A DNA stretch of 25,160 nucleotides. Source: a virus. Lineage: Duplodnaviria; Caudoviricetes. Both the position numbers and the translations under genes were made by a program. Of this stretch, positions 8,535-18,500 are shown in pieces (the stretch's first letter is position 1; every line of letters begins with the position of its first letter). Under the pieces are notes generated by a model. It was given only the letters and a program-made list of their open reading frames with translations. It did no database searches and was not told the DNA's origin. Location: positions 1 through 25,160 of IMG/VR virus record IMGVR_UViG_3300032216_000888. One strand, written 5' to 3'.

Positions 8535-8799
8535 AGACCTGACAATCTTTCTTCAGGATTTCGGCGTCACTTGCACGGCTGGAGCAGTGACGGCATTGGG
8601 CATCCTGGACATGCCCACGCAGGTGCTGGCTGGCGACATGGTCCTCAGCACTGACTACTCGTTGACAGCCCGCACAGCGGACTTTGGCGGGCTTTCCTAC
8701 GGCGACAGCATCACGGTTGCCGGCACGGCTTACCAAGTGCGTGAGGTGCGCAAGGTTGACGATGGTGCGTTCGTTGAAATCGGATTGCAAAAACCATGA
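8521..8799 (+). CDS. Head closure / head-tail joining protein (gpFII-like)
   Basis: Beta-rich 92 aa with GDSITVAGTAYQVREVRKVDDG. Synteny supports the call. Confidence 0.75.
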   Translation: MALSEDLTIFLQDFGVTCTAGAVTALGILDMPTQVLAGDMVLSTDYSLTARTADFGGLSYGDSITVAGTAYQVREVRKVDDGAFVEIGLQKP

Positions 8800-9224
8800 C
8801 GACCCGCCGCGAAACAATCCTGGCCGGCATCAAGACGGCACTTACCGGCACCACTGGCGTGGCCACGCGGATCTACCGCAGCCGGGTCGAGCCGATCGCG
8901 CGCGAGGAAAGCCCGGCCATCGTGGTTGAGCCGTTAAATGACACGGCAACCATCGAAACCAACCTGGCCACGTTGACCTGGAACATGACCGTGCGCGTTT
9001 CGGTGATCGTGCGTGGCACCATTCCTGACCAGCAGGCCGACACCATTGTTGAAAGCCTGCACAGCAAGCTGATGGCTGATTACACCTTCGGTGGCTATGC
9101 AATGGACATCCTGCCCATTGGTGTAACCTTCAACATGACCGAAGCCGATGGTCCTGCTGGAGAAATCCAGTGCGATTATCGTGTGATGTATCGGACCTCC
9201 CTCACTAACCTGGCGAGTGCCTAA
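8796..9224 (+). CDS. Tail terminator / completion protein (gpU-like)
   Basis: RRETILAGIK..RIYRSRVEPI..PAIVV. Lies between head closure and tail tube genes. Confidence 0.7.
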   Translation: MTTRRETILAGIKTALTGTTGVATRIYRSRVEPIAREESPAIVVEPLNDTATIETNLATLTWNMTVRVSVIVRGTIPDQQADTIVESLHSKLMADYTFGGYAMDILPIGVTFNMTEADGPAGEIQCDYRVMYRTSLTNLASA

Positions 9225-9400
9225 TGGCTACGATGATGGATGAATACTGGGGCCAGGGCGGCACCTACCTCCTGGACCCCAAAACCGGCAACAGAAAGCT
9301 CATTGAGCGGACAGAGCCGGCCCAACCCTCCGAACCCGAACCCGAGGAATTGAGCAATGGCACTTCTGAGCCGCAAGCGTCTGATCCTGGTCAAAACTGA
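9224..9400 (+). CDS. Small 58-aa hypothetical protein (not in ORF track)
   Basis: MATMMDEYWGQGGTYLLDPKTGNRKLIERTEPAQP... TAATG coupling to the upstream stop, and it fills the gap before the tail tube. Confidence 0.6.
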   Translation: MATMMDEYWGQGGTYLLDPKTGNRKLIERTEPAQPSEPEPEELSNGTSEPQASDPGQN

Positions 9401-10289
9401 GACCACCTACGGAACAGACGCTACCCCTGTTGGCACCGACGCCCTGCTGGTGCGCAACCTTGACATCACCCCGCTGTCCGGTGAGCTGGTCAGCCGTGAT
9501 TTGATTCGTCCGTATCTTGGCAATTACGACAACTTGATCGCGAAAACCAGCGTTGCAATCTCATTCGAGGTTGAGCTTGCTGGTTCCGGCACTGCTGGTA
9601 CTGCGCCCAAGTACGGCGCGATCCTCAAGGCCTGCGGCATGTCCGAGACAGTGGTGGCATCCACATCAGTGACCTATGCGCCGGTTTCAAGCAGCTTCAG
9701 CTCCGCCACGATCTACTTCAACGTGGATGGGGTCCTGCACAAGCTCACCGGTTGCCGTGGCGATATGTCGATGAGCTGTGCTGTGGGCCAAATTCCCACG
9801 CTGAAGTTCAATCTCACCGGCGTCTACAACAGCCCAACGGATACGGCGCAACCTTCCGTGACCTATTCGGCCCAGGCAACCCCGCTGATTTTTCGCCAGG
9901 GCAATACCAGCAGCTTCTCCTTCTTCTCCTACAGCGGCGTGCTGCAGTCGGTCGAGTTCAACCTCGCCAACTCGCTGGTCTACCGCGAGCTTGTAGGCGG
10001 CACCAAGGAAACCTTGCTGACCGATCGCAAGCCTGCCGGCACGGTGATGATCGAGGCCGTTGCAATTGGCACCAAGGACTTCTTCACCGCCGCCCTTGGC
10101 ACCGCTACAGGGAACCTGACCTTCCTGCATGGCACCACAGCAGGCAACCGGGTGACCTTCACCGCATCACAAGCAGATGTTTTGAATCCGACCTATCAGG
10201 ATCAGGATTCTGTTATGATGCTTTCAATTCCCTATGTGGCCACACCGACCACTGCCGGGAACGATGAGTTCAGCCTCGCTTTCACCTGA
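9357..10289 (+). CDS. Major tail tube protein
   Basis: 310 aa, Thr/Ser- and beta-rich (ETTYGTD, RDLIRPYLG, GSGTAGTAP). GAGGA RBS, directly upstream of the chaperones. Confidence 0.85.
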   Translation: MALLSRKRLILVKTETTYGTDATPVGTDALLVRNLDITPLSGELVSRDLIRPYLGNYDNLIAKTSVAISFEVELAGSGTAGTAPKYGAILKACGMSETVVASTSVTYAPVSSSFSSATIYFNVDGVLHKLTGCRGDMSMSCAVGQIPTLKFNLTGVYNSPTDTAQPSVTYSAQATPLIFRQGNTSSFSFFSYSGVLQSVEFNLANSLVYRELVGGTKETLLTDRKPAGTVMIEAVAIGTKDFFTAALGTATGNLTFLHGTTAGNRVTFTASQADVLNPTYQDQDSVMMLSIPYVATPTTAGNDEFSLAFT

Positions 10290-10300
10290 TAGGACCTTGC

Positions 10301-10660
10301 ATGGCTTTTGTCTTAAAGCAAACCGACACCTACAGCTGGCCGGTCACTTTTGACATTCCCGTCGATGGTGGCCGGCATGAGCGCCAAACGTTTGATGGCG
10401 AGTTCAAGCGCCTCCCGCAGAGCAAGGTAGGTCCAATGGTCTCCGAGCTGAATAGGCTCGAAGACGGCGGAGAAATGGAACGCATCACCGAACTGGCTTG
10501 CGAGGTTCTCGTGGGCTGGTCTGGTGTGACTGATGATTCCGGCAAGGACATCCCATTCAGCCAAAAGGCGCTGGAGCAATTGCTCGAAGTGCCTTTACTG
10601 GCGGCAGCGGTGCTGCGCTCCTACTTTGACAGCTTGAAGGGAGCCAAGCGAAAAAACTGA
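10301..10660 (+). CDS. Tail assembly chaperone (gpG analogue)
   Basis: LVGWSGVTDDSGKDIPFS motif. Ends ..KRKN* on a slippery sequence. Confidence 0.85.
   Translation: MAFVLKQTDTYSWPVTFDIPVDGGRHERQTFDGEFKRLPQSKVGPMVSELNRLEDGGEMERITELACEVLVGWSGVTDDSGKDIPFSQKALEQLLEVPLLAAAVLRSYFDSLKGAKRKN
10651..10657 (+). promoter_or_regulatory. -1 programmed ribosomal frameshift site A AAA AAC
   Basis: X XXY YYZ heptamer in the correct phase just before the stop. The -1 frame is open 10657-10977. Confidence 0.85.
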
Positions 10661-10977
10661 TCGAGGCCGCTGAGTATTGGGTCAGCGGCGGCGTCAGAGA
10701 TGACAGCCAGAGTGATGCAGCGGTGCTGGGCGTGGCACTACCGGACCAGCCCGAGGAAAACTTCGAGGTCTGGGAAGAAAACTGGGATGTCCTGCTGATG
10801 TGGTCTCGCGTCCAGACCCAATGGCGCACCAGCATGGGCGGCGTAATCGGCTTGGACTATGGGACCCTTGCATGGGTCTTTAGACTGTACGAAGTGGAGG
10901 ACCAGCGTTCACTCCTGGAGGATCTACAGGTGATGGAAGCAGCGGCGCTGGCCAAGCTCAACGAGCGGAGCGCGTGA
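10657..10977 (+). CDS. Frameshift-extended chaperone segment (gpT analogue, DUF1799-like)
   Basis: LIEAAEYW...FEVWEENW..TQWR..GLDY..LQVMEAAAL. The open frame extends upstream of the track's GTG at 10723 to the slippery site. Confidence 0.8.
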   Translation: MIEAAEYWVSGGVRDDSQSDAAVLGVALPDQPEENFEVWEENWDVLLMWSRVQTQWRTSMGGVIGLDYGTLAWVFRLYEVEDQRSLLEDLQVMEAAALAKLNERSA

Positions 10978-10978
10978 C

Positions 10979-13174
10979 ATGGCTATGAACATGGACGCCA
11001 TGCTCCGCATCAAGGCGGACGTTCAAGGCGAAAACAATATCCGCAGGCTTGGCAACTCCATGCAGGGGTTGCAAGGGCAGGTTAAAAACGCTCAGCTGAG
11101 TTTCAACAACCTGAAGGGTGCCGTTGCTGGGTTTGGTGCAGCAATTGCCGGTTCAGCCATTGTGGGCGGTTTGACCGCCATCGTGAAGCAAAGCATTGAT
11201 GCAGGCGATTCGCTCAATCGCTTGCAGATGATCACCGGCATCAGTGCCAAATCACTAACTGGCATTGCCAACGAAGCCAAACTGGCCGACGTTGACATGG
11301 AATCGCTTGGCAAGGGATTGACCAAGTTGAATGTGAGCATTGCCAAAGCCGCCAACGGCAATGCAGACCTGGCACAAAAGTTCAAAGATCTTGGCATTAA
11401 TGTCCGCGATGCCGGTGGCAACGTAAAACCCACTGATGCAATCCTGAAAGAACTTGCAAATCGTTTTGCCGATATGCCTGATGGCGCGCAAAAGGCCGCT
11501 GCCGCCGTTGCGCTGTTTGGCAAATCCGGCGCGCAGTTGATCCCGATGCTGAATGATGGCGCAGCAGCGATGGAAAAGTTTACCTATAAGGTGAGCGATG
11601 ATTTTGCGGCGCGATCGGATTTGTTCAATGATACGGTTACGGAGCTAGGCATTAAAACAAAGGGCTTTGGGCTGGAGCTTACCGATGCCTTGCTACCTGC
11701 GCTGCAATCAATTCTAAATGAATTTGGCAAGCTGTTCGACAGCAAAAACGATTGGACGGCTTTATTTGAAGTCATCAAGTTTGGGTTGCGAGCTGTTGCA
11801 ACGGTTATTTATGCCACCATCAAACTTGTTGATCAGTTGGCAAAAACTGTTGTTTACACTTTTGATGCTGTTGGCAAGGCGTTGCGTGGCGATTTTAACG
11901 GAGCCGGGCAGGCAATCAGCAAAGGTTTTGGCGCTGGCATCGAGCAAGCCAAGCAAGACTTTGCATCAATCGGGCGCATGTGGACTGATGCGCCATCACC
12001 TGGCACGGGGCGCCGCACTAGCGGGCGAGAGTTCAACCCAACCGATTTGAATGCTCAACGCGAAAACGAACGCGCAGCTAATGAGCACGCACGTGCATTA
12101 GAGCGTGAGCAGCGCATCCTTGAAAAACGCAATGAATTGCAAGATCGCGGCCGGCAACTCCTGGATGATCTCAAACGTTCACAGGAAGACGTAAACGGCG
12201 AAATCAAAAAGATTGGCGCCAGCGGCGTGCAGCAAATTTATTTGGATTGGGATGACGCCATTGAAAAGGCAAAGCGCGGCCAAGAAGATATGACACAAAA
12301 GCTGGCTGACTTCATTAAAGAAGTCAAAAAAGCTGGCGGCACCATTGATTTGGGTTGGCTCAAGAACGCGACCGGCACGATTGATTCCATCACCAGCGGG
12401 CGGATGACGGCAGCAGATCAAGCCCGCGACAAACGTCTAAATGATAAGGCAGCCAACGACAACACTTTCATGGACCAGCTCCGCATAAGTTCCGGCACTT
12501 TGGGCAGCGATGAAGAGCGACGGTTGCGGATTGCCGAGCGCTTGGCGCAGATTCAGAAAGATATGCCCGACCTCTATGCAAAGCAGGGCGATGAAATCCG
12601 CAAGCTGGTCACCGCATCCGAAGGCCTCACTGAAGCGCAACAGCGCAACAAGGAAATTGTGCAAGGCATTGCCGAAAGCATTGGCGGTGCGCTCAAGTCT
12701 TCCTTTGATCTCATTATTGATGGCACCAAAGACTGGGCAAACAGTCTGCGCGAAATTGGCGCCAATCTGCTCAAAAGCATTGCCGATCAACTTTTGCAGA
12801 TCATGGTGATCAAACCAATTGTCAATGCGATCAGCAGCATCAAGTTTGCAGGCGGCGGCATCATGACCGCGCAGGGTGAAATGCCCTTGCGCAAATATGC
12901 AGGCGGCGGCATTGCCAACAGCCCACAATTGGCGATGTTTGGCGAAGGCAGCATGAACGAAGCATACGTTCCGTTGCCTGACGGTCGCCGGATCCCAGTT
13001 GCCATGAAGGGCGGCGGCGGCGGTGGCACCACGGTCAACGTAAGCGTCGATGCCAACGGCACCAGCGTCCAAGGCAACGGCGGCCAAAGCGCTGCGCTGG
13101 GCCGCGCCATTGCTGCTAGCGTGCAGGCTGAGCTGATCAAGCAGAAGCGCCCTGGCGGGCTGTTGGCAGCATAA
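10979..13174 (+). CDS. Tape measure protein
   Basis: 731 aa, Ala/Gly-rich and helical. LFGKSG, FGEG..EAYVPL and C-terminal QKRPGGLL motifs. Synteny supports the call. Confidence 0.92.
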   Translation: MAMNMDAMLRIKADVQGENNIRRLGNSMQGLQGQVKNAQLSFNNLKGAVAGFGAAIAGSAIVGGLTAIVKQSIDAGDSLNRLQMITGISAKSLTGIANEAKLADVDMESLGKGLTKLNVSIAKAANGNADLAQKFKDLGINVRDAGGNVKPTDAILKELANRFADMPDGAQKAAAAVALFGKSGAQLIPMLNDGAAAMEKFTYKVSDDFAARSDLFNDTVTELGIKTKGFGLELTDALLPALQSILNEFGKLFDSKNDWTALFEVIKFGLRAVATVIYATIKLVDQLAKTVVYTFDAVGKALRGDFNGAGQAISKGFGAGIEQAKQDFASIGRMWTDAPSPGTGRRTSGREFNPTDLNAQRENERAANEHARALEREQRILEKRNELQDRGRQLLDDLKRSQEDVNGEIKKIGASGVQQIYLDWDDAIEKAKRGQEDMTQKLADFIKEVKKAGGTIDLGWLKNATGTIDSITSGRMTAADQARDKRLNDKAANDNTFMDQLRISSGTLGSDEERRLRIAERLAQIQKDMPDLYAKQGDEIRKLVTASEGLTEAQQRNKEIVQGIAESIGGALKSSFDLIIDGTKDWANSLREIGANLLKSIADQLLQIMVIKPIVNAISSIKFAGGGIMTAQGEMPLRKYAGGGIANSPQLAMFGEGSMNEAYVPLPDGRRIPVAMKGGGGGGTTVNVSVDANGTSVQGNGGQSAALGRAIAASVQAELIKQKRPGGLLAA

Positions 13175-13176
13175 CG

Positions 13177-13512
13177 ATGGCGACCTTCACCTACACACCC
13201 AGCTTTGAAGCCACCGAGAGCAGCAAGCCTCGGGCGCATAAGTTCCAGGCCGGCGATGGCTACGAACAGCGCGTGCGGTTCGGGCTTAATACGGACCCAA
13301 AGGAATGGACGCTGACCTTTTCGGAGCGCACCAACACTGAGCGTGACAACATCCTGGCTTTTCTGGAAGCGCGTGCCGCCGTTGAGAGTTTCGATTGGAC
13401 CCCGCCGCGTGGCAGTGCTGGCAAATACTTATGCGAGGAATGGCAGGTGACCATGCGGGCTTACAACTTCAACACAATTCAAGCGACGTTTAGGCAGGTC
13501 TTTGAGCCATGA
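13177..13512 (+). CDS. Minor tail protein M (distal tail)
   Basis: [35 protein letters not shown]. Confidence 0.92.
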   Translation: MATFTYTPSFEATESSKPRAHKFQAGDGYEQRVRFGLNTDPKEWTLTFSERTNTERDNILAFLEARAAVESFDWTPPRGSAGKYLCEEWQVTMRAYNFNTIQATFRQVFEP

Positions 13513-14225
13513 GCGTTCCGGTTTCAGAGCTTCAGTCAATTGCACCCAGCGCGATCATCGAGCTGTTTGAGTTGCAGCTCAATACGGCGATCCAGGGGAC
13601 CAATACGCTTTACCGTTTCCATGCTGGCGTCAATCTCACGGGCAGCAACGGTGATGTTGTGTGGGCCGGCAATACCTACGCCAAGTTTCCGATTGAGGCC
13701 GAGGGCTTCGAGTACAGCGGCAACGGCCAGCTGCCGCGGCCAAAAGTCAAGGTTTCAAACATTCTGGGCACTATCACAGCGATCATCCTGACGACGCCTC
13801 TGGAAGGCGCAAAGGTGACCCGGATCCGCACCATGGCGCGGTATTTGGATGCTGTGAACTTTTCGGGTGGTGTAAACCCGTATGGAACGCCAGACCCTAC
13901 AGCTAGTTTTCCCGCCGAAATTTTTTATATCGACCGCAAGTCTGCCGAAACCCGCGACGTGGTGGAGTTTGAGCTTGCGGCTGCATTTGATTTGCAAGGC
14001 GTCAGGGCACCAAAGCGCCAGTGCATTTCCAACATTTGCCAGTGGGTCTATCGCTCAACCGAATGCAGCTATACCGGCACCAACTACTTCACCGAGAACG
14101 ACGTGGCCACCACCTTGGCTAATGACGTTTGCGGCAAGAAACTAAGCAGCTGCAAAGCTCGGTTTGGCTCAACGGCGCAATTGCCTTTTGGCTCCTACCC
14201 AGGCGTGGGCACTTATTTCACATGA
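13509..14225 (+). CDS. Minor tail protein L
   Basis: [24 protein letters not shown], and the C-terminal Cys cluster [18 protein letters not shown]. Confidence 0.94.
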   Translation: MSVPVSELQSIAPSAIIELFELQLNTAIQGTNTLYRFHAGVNLTGSNGDVVWAGNTYAKFPIEAEGFEYSGNGQLPRPKVKVSNILGTITAIILTTPLEGAKVTRIRTMARYLDAVNFSGGVNPYGTPDPTASFPAEIFYIDRKSAETRDVVEFELAAAFDLQGVRAPKRQCISNICQWVYRSTECSYTGTNYFTENDVATTLANDVCGKKLSSCKARFGSTAQLPFGSYPGVGTYFT

Positions 14226-14935
14226 ACGACACCACCCGCGCTGCTGCACTGGAACACGCCAAGGCCGAAGACCCACGCGAATGCTGCGGCCTGGTGGTGG
14301 TGGTCAAGGGAAAGGAAAGGTACTGGCCCTGCCGCAACCTCAGCAGTGAGCCGGGCGAGTTCTTTTCCATGGACCCTGACGACTACGCCAAGGCTGAAGA
14401 CGCCGGCGAGATCATGGCGATTGTCCACAGCCACCCGGTCACCCCGCCAACACCCAGCCAGGCTGATCTGGTGGCCTGCGAAAACTCTGGGCTGCCCTGG
14501 TTCATCGTCAACCCCAAAACCGAGGCGTGGGGCCAATGCAGGCCCTCTGGATTCAAGGCTCCGCTGATCGGCCGCGAATGGGTTTGGGGTGTCCAGGACT
14601 GCTGGACGCTGGTCCGCGATTACTACGCCGAGCAAGGGATCACCCTGCCCGACTGGGAGCGGCCGGCGACGGCTGCTGAGTTTGAGGCGGCGCCCATGTT
14701 TGCTGACTGCTGGCGGGCGGCAGGATTTGAGCAGGTGTCAGAAACTGACATCCAACCTGGCGACGCGGTGTTGATGAACATTTCAGGCCAGGGGTTAAAC
14801 CACGTTGGCATCTACCTTGGTGACCAGCTTTTGCTGCATCACATCCGCGGGCGGCTGTCTTCCCGAGATCTCTACGGTGGCTGGCTCCAAAAATGCAGCG
14901 GCTGGGTCGGAAGACTTACTATGGCGAAAGGCTAG
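14222..14935 (+). CDS. Tail assembly protein K (JAB + NlpC/P60)
   Basis: PRECCG and HSHP..PSQAD (JAB), [10 protein letters not shown] and NHVGIY (NlpC/P60). Start moved to ATG 14222, an ATGA overlap with L. Confidence 0.92.
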   Translation: MNDTTRAAALEHAKAEDPRECCGLVVVVKGKERYWPCRNLSSEPGEFFSMDPDDYAKAEDAGEIMAIVHSHPVTPPTPSQADLVACENSGLPWFIVNPKTEAWGQCRPSGFKAPLIGREWVWGVQDCWTLVRDYYAEQGITLPDWERPATAAEFEAAPMFADCWRAAGFEQVSETDIQPGDAVLMNISGQGLNHVGIYLGDQLLLHHIRGRLSSRDLYGGWLQKCSGWVGRLTMAKG

Positions 14936-14943
14936 GCGGTTTC

Positions 14944-15528
14944 ATGCGCGAGATCAGGCTCTACGGGAAGCTGGCTAAGTTCATCGGCAAGCGTGTGTTC
15001 CGCGCTGATGTCGCAAACGCCGCTGAAGCAGTGCGGTTTTTGCTGGTCAACTTTCCGCAGGCTGAAAAGCACATGGCCGACCAGCACTACCGCGTCAGCC
15101 TGGGTGAGCGTGATCTGGAGCTTGATGAGATCCACCATCCTGCTGGTCACCAGGTCATTAAGATCGTGCCGGTGATCGCTGGCGCTGGATCCGTTGGGCG
15201 GATTTTGTTGGGCGCAGCGTTGATTGCGGTCGCATCCATTTTCACTTTGGGCACTTTGACAATTGGCGCCGCTGCAATTGGTCTCAATGGAGTGGTGTTT
15301 GGCCTTGGCGCCAGTCTGGTGCTTGGCGGCGTTGCTCAACTGCTGACCCCAGTTCCACAAACGCCAACCGGCTCAAATTCCAACAACGACCCTCGCAAGT
15401 CCTACAGCTTCAGTTCAATTCAAAACACCAGCCGCCAGGGCACGCCGGTTCCGGTCGTCTATGGCGAGACGATCGTTGGCTCGGTGGTAATCAGCGCCGG
15501 AATTGACATTGCGCAGGTGGCAGCATGA
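14944..15528 (+). CDS. Tail assembly protein I
   Basis: IRLYGKL, IVPVIAGAG, a hydrophobic stretch, then SYSFS..QGTPVPVVYGE..GSVVISA. Start moved to ATG 14944. Confidence 0.9.
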   Translation: MREIRLYGKLAKFIGKRVFRADVANAAEAVRFLLVNFPQAEKHMADQHYRVSLGERDLELDEIHHPAGHQVIKIVPVIAGAGSVGRILLGAALIAVASIFTLGTLTIGAAAIGLNGVVFGLGASLVLGGVAQLLTPVPQTPTGSNSNNDPRKSYSFSSIQNTSRQGTPVPVVYGETIVGSVVISAGIDIAQVAA

Positions 15529-18500
15529 GCAACTTGATTCGAGGCGCAGGTGGTGGTGGTGATGGCGGCGGCGGTAAAGGCGGCGATTCTGGTGGTGGCT
15601 CACAGCACACACCAACCGAAGCAGCCAACAGCCTGTTTTCAACGTCCTACGCCAAACTGATCGACCTGATCAGCGAAGGCGAAATCTATGGCTTAGTAAA
15701 TGGCCTGAAATCAATTTACGTTGATAACACTCCACTTCAAAATCCAGACGGATCCTACAATTTTCAAAATGTCACTGTTTACACTAAAACAGGCACCCAA
15801 GCGCAAACATACATACCAGGCTTTGATGACGTAGCCAATGAAGTCAGCGTAGGAACGACGGTAACGGCATCAACGCCAATTGTCCGAACAATTACAAACA
15901 CAGCCATCAATGCCGCCAAGGTAACGATTTCGGTTCCTCAACTTCAACAGTTTACCGATCAAGGGGACATTAATGGCACTAGCATACAATTGCAAATTGC
16001 CGTGCAATACAACGGCGGCGGTTTTACTACGGTCATTGATGACATAATTAGTGGCCGCACAGGGCAGCAATATCAAAAACAATATCTAGTTAATTTTTCG
16101 GGTGCGTTTCCGGTTGACATCAGGGTCACCCGCGTCACAGCGGATAGCGGCAGCTCAAAACTGATCAATGCCTTCAATTGGAGCAGCTATACAGAAGTCA
16201 CTTACGCCAAGCTGGCTTATCCAAACTCGGCGTTGGTTGGTGTTCGCATTGATGCCGAGCAATTTAGTAACATTCCCAGCCGAGCTTATCGCGTTCGTGG
16301 CATTAAGGTCAAAATTCCCAGCAACGGCACGGTCAACAGCACCACCGGAGCGATTACTTACACCGGTACATGGGACGGCACATTCGGTGCAGCGCAGTGG
16401 ACCTCAGACCCTGCCTGGTGTTTGTGGGATTTGCTGACATCGACGCGCTACGGATTTGGCAATCACATTGACACCACCCAGCTCGACAAATGGGCTTTCT
16501 ATTCCGCCTCGCAATATTGCGGCACAAGCGTGCCTGATGGCTTTGGCGGGACCGAGCCGCGCTTTAGCTGCAACGTCAACATTCAAACGGCTGACGATGC
16601 CTACAAACTGATCAATGATATGTCCTCAGTGTTCCGGGCAATGCCCTATTGGAGCACCGGGGCACTTACTGTTGCGCAGGATAAACCATCAGATCCGGCT
16701 TACCTGTTCACCTACGCCAACGTTTCAGAGGAAGGTTTTAGTTATTCGGGGTCCAGCCTGAAGACCAGGCCCACGGTGGCAGTGGTCCAATACATGGATT
16801 TGTCGCTCAGAAATGCGGCTTTTGAAGTTGTTGAAGATCAAAAGGCAATCAGCAAATACGGTGTTATAAAAACTGAGATTACGGCCTTTGCTTGCACGTC
16901 TCGGGGCCAAGCGCATCGGATCGGTGAATGGCTGCTTTATTCCAGCCAGTACGAAACCGAGACCGTAAGCTTCATGGCATCGATTGATGCTGGCGTTTTG
17001 GTTCGGCCCGGCCAGATCATTGAGATTAGCGACCCGGTTAGGGCAGGGTCGAGGCGTGGCGGGCGGATTAAGTCGGCCACCACAACGGCGATCACCGTCG
17101 ATGATGCCACCGGCCTTAGCGCCACCAACACGCCCACCCTGTCAGTGATCCTGAGCGATGGCACTGTTCAGGCTCGATCGGTTTCGACGGTGGTTGGCAA
17201 CGTCATCACCGTCAGCTCTGCCTTCAGTTCCGCGCCAAATGCCAACAGCGTTTGGATTTTTGAGACCTCCAACATTCAAACCACCACCTGGCGGGTGCTG
17301 GGAATTCAGGAACAGGATCAATGCAAATATGCCATCACGGCCCTCAGCTACAACAGCTCAAAATATGACTACATCGAGCGCGGCGTAACGCTTCAAACTC
17401 GCACGGTCAGCAGCCTTAATGCTGTCCCTGCTGCGCCAACAAACATCAGCCTTACCGAAGCGCTTTACAGCTACCAATCACAAGTCAGATCCAAGATCAT
17501 CGTCAGTTGGAAAGGCGTATCAGGCGTTAATCAATACTTGGTCAAATACCGCAAGGATTATAGCAACTGGACCACTGTCACGCGCCAAAACGCAGATTAC
17601 GAAATCCTCGATACAACGCCCGGTTATTTCGAGGTCAACGTCTACAGCCTGAGTGCTGGCGGTCAATCGTCCGCCACGGCATTGACTGGCACGATCACGG
17701 CATTGGGCAAGACTGCGCCACCTCGCGATGTCACCAACTTCAGTTACGCGATCGATACCGATCTGGGCCTGCTGCTCACTTGGAGCCCGGTCCCAGACAT
17801 TGACGTTGCGGGCTATGAAATCAGGCGCGGCACCAGCTGGTCAACGGCCACAGTGGTGACCACCGTCACGGCAAGCACCTACAAGGTGGGGTATCTGGAC
17901 GACGGCAATTACACCTACCTGATCAAGGCGATCGACACGTCGGGCAGCTACAGCACTAATGCCGTGAGCACAACAGCGACGTTCACCAGCGCTGCAGCGC
18001 CAACGGTGGCGGCCACGCTGAACGGCAGCAACGTCATCATCAACTGGACCAGCGTCAGCGGCTCGCTAACCACCAAGGTCTATGAGCTGCGCTACGGCGC
18101 AACCTATGCGACCGCATCGGTGCTGGCAACGATTCAGGGCACGACCTTCACCCTGCGCAGCAACTGGACTGGCACGCGCACGTTCTGGGTGGCGGCCATC
18201 GATCCACGAGGGCGCTATGGAACGGCCGGATCAACATCGTTCACGGTCAACGCACCGCCCCAACCGTCCATCACCAGCACGATCACAGGCACCACGCTGG
18301 TGATGACATGGGCTGCAGTGAAGGGCACGATCGAAACGGGCTATTACGAGGTGCGTCGCGGTTCGACGTTTGCAACCGCCACATCATTGGGCAAAATAAA
18401 TAGCACCAGCTACAGGGTGACAACCAACTGGGTTGGCGCTCAGACCTTCTGGGTTGTCGCCTATGACGTGAACGACACGATCGGCACTGAAGCATCAGCC

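Noticed and set aside
12847-12912. 15-bp direct repeat tgcaggcggcggcat in the tape measure gene
   Set aside because: It encodes the (F/Y)AGGGI motif that is commonly duplicated at TMP C-termini.
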